Under the pieces are notes generated by a model. It did not search any database and had not been told where the DNA came from. It saw nothing but the letters and a program-made list of their open reading frames with translations. Of a stretch of 32,681 nt of DNA, positions 24,850-32,681 are shown piece by piece. The DNA is taken from the NCBI GenBank assembly GCA_043746935.1, contig JAYTQD010000015.1, positions 1-32,681 on the forward strand, in the 5' to 3' direction. The stretch comes from Acidobacteriaceae bacterium. Its GTDB lineage: Bacteria; Acidobacteriota; Terriglobia; Terriglobales; Acidobacteriaceae. Position 1 is the stretch's first letter; the number at the start of each line of letters is the position of its first letter. The translations under genes were made by a program, and so were the position numbers.

Positions 24850-26610
24850 ATGAGAAACGTGCTCCTCAAACCCAATTCGACCTTTTGGCTGTTAAGCGGC
24901 GTGGCAATGTTCCACACTGCGGCCACGTTGATCTTGCCGAAGGGTTATGCCACTACGGTTGTAGGGGACGTAGTGCCGCTTGCGATTTGCGGCGTTGCGT
25001 GCGTGGCCATGATGCGCAACGGACGGCGCGCCGAAGGCGTTGTCCGAGCATTTTGGTGGCTGCTAGCATTGGGCTGCCTTCTGTGGTTCGTGAATCAGGG
25101 CATGTGGACGTGGTACGAAGTTTTGCTAGGCAAGGAACCTCCGGATTCGACGTTCGTCGACCCCATCTTGTTTTTGCACGCGGTGCCGTTCATCGCGGCA
25201 GTGGGATTGTTACCGCAGTTGCCGACGGAGAGCCGCAAGCTGTATTTCAGCACATTTAATACCGTCATTCTTACCGCCTGCTGGCTCTTCGCGTATGCCT
25301 TTGTGGTGGTGCCGGATGAATTTGTCATTTTTAACAGCGCGCGCTACAACACGACGTTCAACGCTCTCTACCTGATTGAGAATGTGCTGCTGATTGTAGT
25401 CTTGGCGCTGGCAATTCTGGTGACGCGCACACAGTGGCGCAAGCTCTACCTGCATTTGTTTTGGGCCGCGTGCCTGTACACGATTAGCTCGTTCTGGCTG
25501 AACGAGGCGATTGGCCGGGGAGAATACTACACCGGTAGCCGATATGACATTCCGTACGTGGTGGCGTTTTGCTGGATTGCGTGGATCGCGATTCGTGGCG
25601 GCGAGCTGCCACTCGCTACAGAAGCGCCGGATTCCCGGACGCTGCTGTGGATTGAGTCTTCCCACTATCTGGCAATGCTGGCTGTGGTTTCGTTGCCTTT
25701 GTTCGGTGGCTGGGCTTTGCTATGGGACCACAGCGCTCCCGAACTTCAGCATTTTCGCCTTGGGCTGACTCTGGTGTTCATGGTGATTCTTGGTGTGTGC
25801 GTGTTCATCAAGCAGCATTTTCTGAACCGCGCCCTACTCGCGATGGTGGAAGTGGAACAACGCAATGTTATTTATCTGAAGCGGTTGCAAGACAAGCTGG
25901 TGCAGAAAGAAAAGCTGGCTTCGTTAGGACAACTCGTGGCCGGAGCCGCGCATGGAATCAATAATCCGCTGACGGCGATCCTGGGCTTCTCGGAACTTTT
26001 GTCCTTGGACACCTCCCTCAGCGAAAGCGCGCGGCAATCTGTGCAGAAGATTGGCCAGCAGGCGCGACGCACCAGTAGCCTGGTGGCGGACTTGCAGAAT
26101 TTTTCCCGTACCGCCACTTCGGATCGCACGCTGGTTGATGTGGCGTCGTTGGTCCAACGGGCGGAACAGCTTCAGGCGGTGGCCTTGGAGGGTAAGGATA
26201 TTCGGGTCGAGATGGACTTGGAACCCGATCTGCCACGAATCTGGGGCAACGCAAACCGGCTTTTTCAGGTATTTACGCACATCGTCGAAAATGCGATTGA
26301 ATCTCTGCGGGACAAGGGAGGCGGCTCTCTTTACGTTCGCCTCCGGCGCAGTGATCGTGAACTGGTAGTGGATTTTATCGACAGCGGTACGGGGATTCGT
26401 GAACCAGATCGCGTGTTTGATCCTTTCTACACAACCAAGCCTGTCGGTGGCGGAACCGGGCTGGGGCTAAGCGCTTGCTACGGGATCGTCCAGGAACACG
26501 GAGGGGAAATTTCCTGCAGCAATCGTGAGAAGGGCGGCGCGGTGTTCACGGTGCGGCTGCCGATTGCGGCGGAGCGGGTACAGGCCGCCGTGGGTAACGT
26601 CAGCGGCTGA
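24850..26610 (+). CDS. Sensor histidine kinase, polytopic membrane N-terminus, no adjacent response regulator
   Basis: About 8-9 hydrophobic segments in the first ~300 aa. H-box LVAGAAHGINNPLTAILGF. ATPase boxes (HIVENAIES, DSGTGI, GGTGLGLSACYGIVQEHGG). A TTG at 24847 is an alternative start. Confidence 0.9.
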   Translation: MRNVLLKPNSTFWLLSGVAMFHTAATLILPKGYATTVVGDVVPLAICGVACVAMMRNGRRAEGVVRAFWWLLALGCLLWFVNQGMWTWYEVLLGKEPPDSTFVDPILFLHAVPFIAAVGLLPQLPTESRKLYFSTFNTVILTACWLFAYAFVVVPDEFVIFNSARYNTTFNALYLIENVLLIVVLALAILVTRTQWRKLYLHLFWAACLYTISSFWLNEAIGRGEYYTGSRYDIPYVVAFCWIAWIAIRGGELPLATEAPDSRTLLWIESSHYLAMLAVVSLPLFGGWALLWDHSAPELQHFRLGLTLVFMVILGVCVFIKQHFLNRALLAMVEVEQRNVIYLKRLQDKLVQKEKLASLGQLVAGAAHGINNPLTAILGFSELLSLDTSLSESARQSVQKIGQQARRTSSLVADLQNFSRTATSDRTLVDVASLVQRAEQLQAVALEGKDIRVEMDLEPDLPRIWGNANRLFQVFTHIVENAIESLRDKGGGSLYVRLRRSDRELVVDFIDSGTGIREPDRVFDPFYTTKPVGGGTGLGLSACYGIVQEHGGEISCSNREKGGAVFTVRLPIAAERVQAAVGNVSG

Positions 26611-26624
26611 TACCATGAACGGGC

Positions 26625-29054
26625 ATGCCGCCCACCGCTTTACAACACAGTAGCGCGCATTTACTTGAGTTCGAGCAATTCCGCGAGCTGCTGCTGGGGT
26701 ATGCCTCGTCTCCGCTGGGGAAGGCGCGGATTGCTCGCCTCGGGCCGTGTACGGACCGGGAGTGGATCGAAAAACAGCAAGAATTGTCGTCGGAGATTCT
26801 CGAATTTCGGCGTGCCGGCGGACGTTTCGAGCTTTCCGGATTGCTGGAAATCTCGAAGCTGGTAGAGAAGTCCCGGATTGAGGGCGCGGCTCTCGAGACC
26901 GAGGAGATTCGAGACGTTATTCTGGTTGTGGATCGCGCGGCGGAATGGCGTGAGATTTCCCTGCGTCCTCCGGCCGCGATGAAGAGTCCGTTCCGCGGTG
27001 TGGCTGAGCTTTCCGCGCGCATTGTTGACTTCACGGAATTCCTGCGTAGTTTTCGGAACAAACTTCTACCCGACGGGACGCTGGAAGATCGCGCTTCGCC
27101 GCAACTCGCTGGGATTCGACGGGAAATTGAAAAGCAGCGCCGGACCATTCAGGAATCGCTGCGCGGCTATCTGCGACGGCTTGCTGAAGGCGGCGCGGTC
27201 CAGGATGAGCTGATCACGATTCGTGGCGAGCGCTTCGTGATTCCCGTGAAAGTCGAGCAGAGACGTCGCGTCCAGGGAGTTGTACACGGGGCGAGTTCGA
27301 GCGGCCAGACTGTTTATGTCGAGCCGCTGGAAACGATAGAACAGAACAACGATCTAGTCCGCCTGCTGGATGATGAGATGGCGGAGATCCACCGCATTCT
27401 GGTGGAGATGACGCGGCGGATTGGCGAGAACTCGACCAACATTCTTGCGGCGATTGATGTGCTGGCCGAACTGGAGATGCAGTTTGCCAAAGCACGGTTT
27501 GCTGCGGACTACAATTGTGTCCCGGCGGTGTTGTCTGGAGGGGCGCTGGTCCTGCACGGCGCGCGGCATCCTCTTTTGGAACGCAACCTTAAGCTCAAGG
27601 GCGGGCGCGTCGTCCCGACAACTTTGGAGCTGGAGGGCCAGCAGCGGCAGATCATTATTACGGGCCCGAACACGGGCGGGAAAACGGTAACGCTCAAGAC
27701 TACCGGCTTGCTTGCGCTGATGGCGTTGGCCGGAATTCCTGTGCCAGCGGCCCGAGCGGAGTTTCCGATCTTTGACGCCGTATTGGCGGATATTGGCGAT
27801 TATCAGTCCATCGAACAGAATCTTTCGACATTTTCCGCACATGTGACCAATATTGATTTCATCTCGCGCACGGCGACGGCGAAATCGCTGGTTCTGCTCG
27901 ACGAACTCGGTTCGGCGACGGACCCCGAAGAAGGCGCGGCTTTGGCGGTGGCGATTGCGGCGTACTTTTCACGGGTGGGCGCGATGACGATTATTTCCAC
28001 GCATCACACTTCGTTGAAGGTTTATGCCGCGAATACCCCCGGCGTGCTCAACGCGGCGGCGGGCTTCGACGAGACCACGCTACAACCGACGTACGAACTG
28101 CGTATGGGCGTGCCGGGTGCTTCGGCTGGGATCAACATCGCGCAACGACTTGGCCTGAATCCGGAAATTATCGACGCTGCGCGGTCGCGGCTGGGGGCGC
28201 AGGCGCTGGATATCGCAAACTTCCTCGACCGCCTGCACGCGGAGTTGCGGCAAGCGGAACAGGAGCGCATCGCTCTGCGTACGCGTGAAACGGAGCTTGC
28301 GAAAGAGAAATCGCGCCTGGCACTCGACGGATTGCGCGAGCAGCGCGACAAGATTCGAGAGATGGAGCGAAAACTCGACTCTGTGTTACGCGATTTTGAG
28401 TACCACGCCCGCGAGGCCGTGAGCGCCATTCAAGACAAGGCGGCTGCCCAGAAGCTTTCGAAAGATGCCGAGCGTCGCGTAGCCAAGCTGCGCCGGGAAT
28501 TCCGCGAGCAGTTCGATTCGACCGTCGTTGCGCATACAACCGGTGCCGACCAAGGCGATCCCAACGCGCAGCCGCAAGTCATCAAACGCGTCTCCGAGGG
28601 CGACACCGTAAAGCTCAAGTCCATGGGCCGCGCCGCGCTGGTGAAGCGCAAGATCGACGATGACCAATTCGAGGTCGAAATCGGCGCGATGAAGATGAAG
28701 ATCGCTCGCGACGATATTGCTGAAGTGCTTACCCGCTCGGGAGATTCGCCGGTGCAGGCGGCACGGTCGCGGGGGATTTCCGTGACCCTGGAAAAGGAAG
28801 AGTCTTCTGTGCCGGGGGAGATCAATGTGATCGGCCAGAACGTTGATGATGCGACGCGAGAGGTCGAAAAATTCCTGGACCGTGCATTCTTGGCGGGCAG
28901 AGATCGGGTGCGGATCGTTCACGGCAGTGGCATGGGAATCCTACGGAAGGCTTTACGTCAGTACCTGCAAAAACATCCGCAGGTTGCGACCGTCTCCGAG
29001 CCCCCTTTGAACGAGGGCGGTGGCGGGGCTACCGTGGTGGAGTTGAAGACCTAG
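26625..29054 (+). CDS. mutS2: Endonuclease MutS2 (MutS domain plus C-terminal Smr)
   Basis: Walker A ITGPNTGGKTV, DELGSATDPEEG, long coiled-coil middle, C-terminal Smr domain (VNVIGQNVDDA...VRIVHGSGMGILRKAL). Confidence 0.95.
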   Translation: MPPTALQHSSAHLLEFEQFRELLLGYASSPLGKARIARLGPCTDREWIEKQQELSSEILEFRRAGGRFELSGLLEISKLVEKSRIEGAALETEEIRDVILVVDRAAEWREISLRPPAAMKSPFRGVAELSARIVDFTEFLRSFRNKLLPDGTLEDRASPQLAGIRREIEKQRRTIQESLRGYLRRLAEGGAVQDELITIRGERFVIPVKVEQRRRVQGVVHGASSSGQTVYVEPLETIEQNNDLVRLLDDEMAEIHRILVEMTRRIGENSTNILAAIDVLAELEMQFAKARFAADYNCVPAVLSGGALVLHGARHPLLERNLKLKGGRVVPTTLELEGQQRQIIITGPNTGGKTVTLKTTGLLALMALAGIPVPAARAEFPIFDAVLADIGDYQSIEQNLSTFSAHVTNIDFISRTATAKSLVLLDELGSATDPEEGAALAVAIAAYFSRVGAMTIISTHHTSLKVYAANTPGVLNAAAGFDETTLQPTYELRMGVPGASAGINIAQRLGLNPEIIDAARSRLGAQALDIANFLDRLHAELRQAEQERIALRTRETELAKEKSRLALDGLREQRDKIREMERKLDSVLRDFEYHAREAVSAIQDKAAAQKLSKDAERRVAKLRREFREQFDSTVVAHTTGADQGDPNAQPQVIKRVSEGDTVKLKSMGRAALVKRKIDDDQFEVEIGAMKMKIARDDIAEVLTRSGDSPVQAARSRGISVTLEKEESSVPGEINVIGQNVDDATREVEKFLDRAFLAGRDRVRIVHGSGMGILRKALRQYLQKHPQVATVSEPPLNEGGGGATVVELKT

Positions 29055-29080
29055 TCTCGTCCGACAGTTGTCTCCTAAGT

Positions 29081-29098
29081 AGGGGATATATATCCTCT
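29081..29098. promoter_or_regulatory. Near-perfect 18-bp inverted repeat, candidate antitoxin operator
   Basis: AGGGGATATATATCCTCT (16 of 18 positions self-complementary), directly abutting the -35 box of the TA promoter. Confidence 0.45.
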
Positions 29099-29126
29099 TG
29101 ACACAAGATTACAGCAGGATCATAAT
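29098..29126 (+). promoter_or_regulatory. Sigma-70-type promoter of the RHH/MazF operon
   Basis: TTGACA (29098-29103), 17-nt spacer, CATAAT (29121-29126), 15 nt upstream of ATG 29141. Confidence 0.6.
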
Positions 29127-29140
29127 CATCTGGGAAGATT

Positions 29141-29434
29141 ATGGGGACGAAAGCTACCGCGAGACTCACTCGCCCAAAAATTTCGACGACCATTGCGCCG
29201 GAAACCCTTGGGTATATCGAGAAGCTTATCTCGAAAGGCGAAGCGCACACCGTCGCTGACGCCATCGACCTATTGGTCGAGCGTCTACGCTCCGCCGAGA
29301 ACCGTGAGCGCCTCGAACTCGACACAGCGGCTTATTTTGACCGTCTCTCGCCAGAAGCGGTTGCTGAGGAGTCGCAACTTGCCGCTTCGTTGGCGGCTAG
29401 CACACGGGGGTTGGATTTTGATCGCGAGCCTTAA
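29141..29434 (+). CDS. Ribbon-helix-helix (CopG-like) antitoxin
   Basis: 97 aa. The N-terminal KISTTIAPETLGYIEKLISKGEAHTVADAIDLLVERL fits a beta-strand/helix/helix RHH layout. Overlaps the downstream toxin gene. Confidence 0.7.
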   Translation: MGTKATARLTRPKISTTIAPETLGYIEKLISKGEAHTVADAIDLLVERLRSAENRERLELDTAAYFDRLSPEAVAEESQLAASLAASTRGLDFDREP

Positions 29435-29789
29435 GCCGCGGCGGGGAGAAATCTGGATCGCCCACCTGGGCGACGCCCCGAAACGCCACTGGGTAGTGAT
29501 CGTTTCGCTGGATAGCAGAAATTTAAGCGACCGCGCATCCAGTATCCTCGTGGTGCCGTTCGGCAGTTACGGCGCGGATGGGCCCACCACTATGGAATTT
29601 GCCCCTGGAGAAACCGGACTGCCCGGGCCCTCCTACCTCAAGGCACATTTCATCAATGTCTTGGAGAAAAGCTCGCTTATCGAACGTCTGCCCCGGGTGC
29701 TCTCCAACTCGCGCATGAAGCAAGTGGTGGGCATGATCTCTCGCGCTGTGGACCCCGACGCGCCGTGGCAAGGGAAGCCCGGGCGCTGA
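29418..29789 (+). CDS. MazF/PemK-family endoribonuclease toxin
   Basis: KPRRGEIWIAHLGD..HWVVIVSLDSRN...ILVVPFGS...LKAHFINVLEKSSL..RLPRVLSNSRMKQV follows the PemK/MazF pattern. Probable TTG start at 29418 overlaps the antitoxin by 17 nt. The track ORF start 29193 runs through the antitoxin gene and is discounted. Confidence 0.75.
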   Translation: MIASLKPRRGEIWIAHLGDAPKRHWVVIVSLDSRNLSDRASSILVVPFGSYGADGPTTMEFAPGETGLPGPSYLKAHFINVLEKSSLIERLPRVLSNSRMKQVVGMISRAVDPDAPWQGKPGR

Positions 29790-29956
29790 GTGGCACCGTT
29801 ATCTCCTCCTCTTCCACAGCTTCTCCACAATAATTTCGCCCAGCGCCCTTCACGCAGCCGCTGCTATGACCGACAATTGAGAGGCACATTCGGCGCACAC
29901 CGTCCCTCGATTTCAAATTGGGGCGGCATGCCTTACATCAATGCACCTTAGTTAAA

Positions 29957-31831
29957 ATGTCCAATCCCGGCGATTTCGCATATACCGTCAAGCAGCAAGC
30001 GGACATTGTTCGCATCGTTGGTGACTACGTCCAGCTGCGCAAAGCGGGGGCGCAAAACTACACTGGGCTGTGTCCATTTCATAACGAGAAATCACCTTCG
30101 TTCTCTGTGCACGCCACGCGCCAGTTCTATCACTGCTTCGGCTGCCATGCCTCGGGAGATGTCTTCAGCTTCGTGCAAAAGGTGGAGAACATCACCTTCC
30201 CGGAGGCCGTCCGTGCCGTGGCGCAAAAGCTGGGGATTCCGCTACCTGCGACGACGTACAACACTCCTGGTGAGGCGCAGGACGCACGGCAGCGCGCCGT
30301 ATTGCTCGACATTCACGAGATCGCGTGCGAGTTCTTTCGCGAGCAGTTGCGCCGCCCAGAGGGAGCCAAGGCGCGCGAGTATCTCGCTGGCCGCGGCCTG
30401 GACAGCGACATGATCGACCGCTTTCGCATCGGCTTTGCGCCCGACTCCGGTTTCGTGCTCAAGGACTTCCTGAAGAACAAGTTCGACGAGGATGCACTGC
30501 GCGAAAGCGGTTTGCTTTCGTGGAAAGCTGCCGACCAGAAGCCAGGCGAACCAGAAGCGGACACCGCCAAACCTTCGTTGTCGAACATGTACGCCAAATT
30601 CCGCAATCGCATCCAGTTCCCGATCTCTAGCGAAAACGGCAAGGTCATCGCCTTCACCGGGCGCACTCTGGCGACTGACGAAAAGGCTGGCCCCAAGTAC
30701 CTAAACTCGCCGGAAACCGCGATTTATTCGAAATCGCGCGTGCTGTTCAATCTCAACCTCGCCAAAGACGCCATCCGCAAACTGGGCTACGCCATTTTGG
30801 TCGAGGGGCAAATGGACTGTATCTCCGTCTATGCGGCGGGGCTGCACAATGTCATCGCCAGCTCCGGCACCGCCTTCACCGAGCTGCAGGCAAAGCTGCT
30901 GGGCCGGTTCACGAAGAATGTCGTCGTCAACTTCGACCCCGATACAGCCGGCGCGGCTGCGACTGAGCGCACCCTTGGCCTCCTCGTCGAAGAGGATTTT
31001 CAGGTCAAAGTCCTGACCCTCGAAGACGGATTCGATCCCGACCTCTACCTACGCCACAAGGGTAAGCCAGCCTATGAAGAAGCCTTGCGCGGTTCGCAGA
31101 AGTATTTCGACTATCTGATTGAGCGTGCCCGGACGCAATTCCCTGTGCGCAGCGCGGAGGGTAAAGTCAAAGCACTCAACTACTTACTGCCACACATCCA
31201 GCGCGTGCCAAGTCGCATTGTGCGCGATGAGCTGGCCCAGGAGATCGCACATCGCGTCGGCATTGATTCCTCTGTTTTGCGGCAGGAGCTGCGTCACGCG
31301 GCGACGGATCGGACGGCTGCCAGTGTCAAAACTACTCTGGTGGGCCAGATCACTGCCGCCGAACACATCCTGATTCGCGCCCTGGCCTCCGCTGCCGAAA
31401 TGCAGGCCATCGCCAGCCGGGTCTCCTCCCGCGAGGGCGTGGACGAAGAATTTGACCCCGCCCGGCAGGCCCAGTTTGCCCTCCGCAAAGAGCACCTCCA
31501 TGAAGGTTTGGCGTCCGAGTCGCTGCTCCAGGCGCTGCTCGACGCCGGCCCGGAGAGCGGCCACCCCATGGATTTGCCGCTCCCGGAAAGCGACCGGAAG
31601 CTGCTGGCATCCGTGCTCATGAACGAGGAGGAAAACCTTTCACCAGAGTTGCTGGAAGGCGCAATCAAGGCCCTGCGTCGCACCTGGACTCGCCGACGGC
31701 TGGAGCAGATCCAGCGTGAGACGGTCGAAGCTAGCCGTCTGGGAGACTCTGCCCGCGTGGCCGAACTCGGCGCGGAGAAGGTTCGCCTCAAACGAGGTTT
31801 GAACACCCTTCCCAACACCGGAGCCGCCTGA
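29957..31831 (+). CDS. dnaG: DNA primase
   Basis: Zinc ribbon CPFHNEKSPSFSV...YHCFGCHASGD, RNA polymerase core, TOPRIM (ILVEGQMDC, NFDPDTAG). ATG 29957 gives the usual N-terminus MSNPGDF..VKQQADIV. Confidence 0.95.
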   Translation: MSNPGDFAYTVKQQADIVRIVGDYVQLRKAGAQNYTGLCPFHNEKSPSFSVHATRQFYHCFGCHASGDVFSFVQKVENITFPEAVRAVAQKLGIPLPATTYNTPGEAQDARQRAVLLDIHEIACEFFREQLRRPEGAKAREYLAGRGLDSDMIDRFRIGFAPDSGFVLKDFLKNKFDEDALRESGLLSWKAADQKPGEPEADTAKPSLSNMYAKFRNRIQFPISSENGKVIAFTGRTLATDEKAGPKYLNSPETAIYSKSRVLFNLNLAKDAIRKLGYAILVEGQMDCISVYAAGLHNVIASSGTAFTELQAKLLGRFTKNVVVNFDPDTAGAAATERTLGLLVEEDFQVKVLTLEDGFDPDLYLRHKGKPAYEEALRGSQKYFDYLIERARTQFPVRSAEGKVKALNYLLPHIQRVPSRIVRDELAQEIAHRVGIDSSVLRQELRHAATDRTAASVKTTLVGQITAAEHILIRALASAAEMQAIASRVSSREGVDEEFDPARQAQFALRKEHLHEGLASESLLQALLDAGPESGHPMDLPLPESDRKLLASVLMNEEENLSPELLEGAIKALRRTWTRRRLEQIQRETVEASRLGDSARVAELGAEKVRLKRGLNTLPNTGAA

Positions 31832-32056
31832 ACCGTTTTTGCTCCCGATAGCATCTAAGTACTTAGTAGCGGTAGACATACGGTGAGTCAGGCTCCGGAG
31901 CCCCGAGCATTCCAGTAGGCAGCGACGCGCTAAGCGTGCTAAACTTGTAGGGTTTTGGCTACGGCGAGTTCCGCCGCCTGAAGTTCCCACCAAACAATCC
32001 GGAAGTGGTCCGTTCTAAGCTCAGGAAAACCTGGCCAGGACAAAAAGGAAGTGCCT

Positions 32057-32681
32057 TTGGCATTAGAAGACAAATTTGATGACATCAAGAAGTTAATTGA
32101 TGTGGGGAAAGAAAAGGGTTACCTCACCTACAGTGAAGTCAACGACCTGATTCCTCAAGACGTGCAGTCGCCCGACGATCTCGACGATCTACTCACCACA
32201 ATTGGAACGCAGGGCATCGATATTCTCGAAGGCCCCGCGAAAGAACGCAAGTTCGACGACGAAGAAGCTGGGGACGATGTTGAACTCGACCTCACGCCCG
32301 GCGCGATGGAGAAGACGAACGACCCCGTGCGCATGTATTTGCGCGAAATGGGTACGGTTCCTCTGCTCACGCGCGAAGGCGAAGTCGAAATTGCTAAACG
32401 AATCGAGCGCGGGCAGAATCGCGTTCTGAAGGCTCTTTCCCGTTCACCCATCGTGATCCGGGAATTGCTGGCCATGGGCGAAGACCTCAAGAAAGGTGTT
32501 CGCTCGATCAAGGAAGTTGTCACCTTCGACGAGGAAGAGCTTACTGAAGAGATTCTGACGAATCGGCTGAAAGCCTTCACCGGCAAGATTGACGATGTTG
32601 GCAAGCTTTACAAGAAGGCACAGCAGCTCGAAGAGAAGTTCAAGACAATTTCACAGAAGAAGAAGCCGCGCGACCATCGCA
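32057..32681 (+). CDS. rpoD: RNA polymerase primary sigma factor, 5' part (runs off the window)
   Basis: Absent from the ORF track because it has no stop in the window. Translation gives DKFDDIKKLIDVGKEKGYLTYSEVNDLIP...DPVRMYLREMGTVPLLTREGEVEIAKRIERGQ (regions 1.1/1.2). Start is TTG 32057 (AGGAAG 5-6 nt upstream) or GTG 32051. Classical dnaG-rpoD synteny. Confidence 0.9.
   Translation, partial: MALEDKFDDIKKLIDVGKEKGYLTYSEVNDLIPQDVQSPDDLDDLLTTIGTQGIDILEGPAKERKFDDEEAGDDVELDLTPGAMEKTNDPVRMYLREMGTVPLLTREGEVEIAKRIERGQNRVLKALSRSPIVIRELLAMGEDLKKGVRSIKEVVTFDEEELTEEILTNRLKAFTGKIDDVGKLYKKAQQLEEKFKTISQKKKPRDHR

Overview
GC-rich (about 55-60% by eye) bacterial chromosomal window in two halves. Left half (nt 1 to about 16.5 kb, all + strand, visibly G-ending codon usage): two secreted glycan-type proteins, then a compact HK97-style phage head/tail module (large terminase, portal, prohead protease, scaffold, major capsid, connector, tail/hub proteins). 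No integrase, small terminase, tape measure or lysis genes are visible. Between terminase and portal sits an inserted two-gene cassette: a short HipA-like kinase translationally coupled to a DUF3037 protein and closed by its own intrinsic terminator. This is my best candidate for an undescribed conflict system (defence, abortive infection or TA-like). Right half: housekeeping genes (2-oxoacid dehydrogenase E2, cytochrome c, lipB, lpdA, hemB, orphan histidine kinase, mutS2, dnaG, 5' part of rpoD) interrupted by three small, more AT-rich accessory islets. These are a small-protein + DUF2335 pair, a three-gene Fic operon (small upstream protein, canonical-motif Fic, HhH/OGG-like protein), and an RHH + MazF/PemK toxin-antitoxin pair with a textbook promoter/operator. 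A conserved imperfect hairpin repeat occurs three times, once inside the phage module. No tRNA, rRNA or CRISPR array was seen. All family assignments rest on motif recognition by eye and need HMM or structure confirmation.
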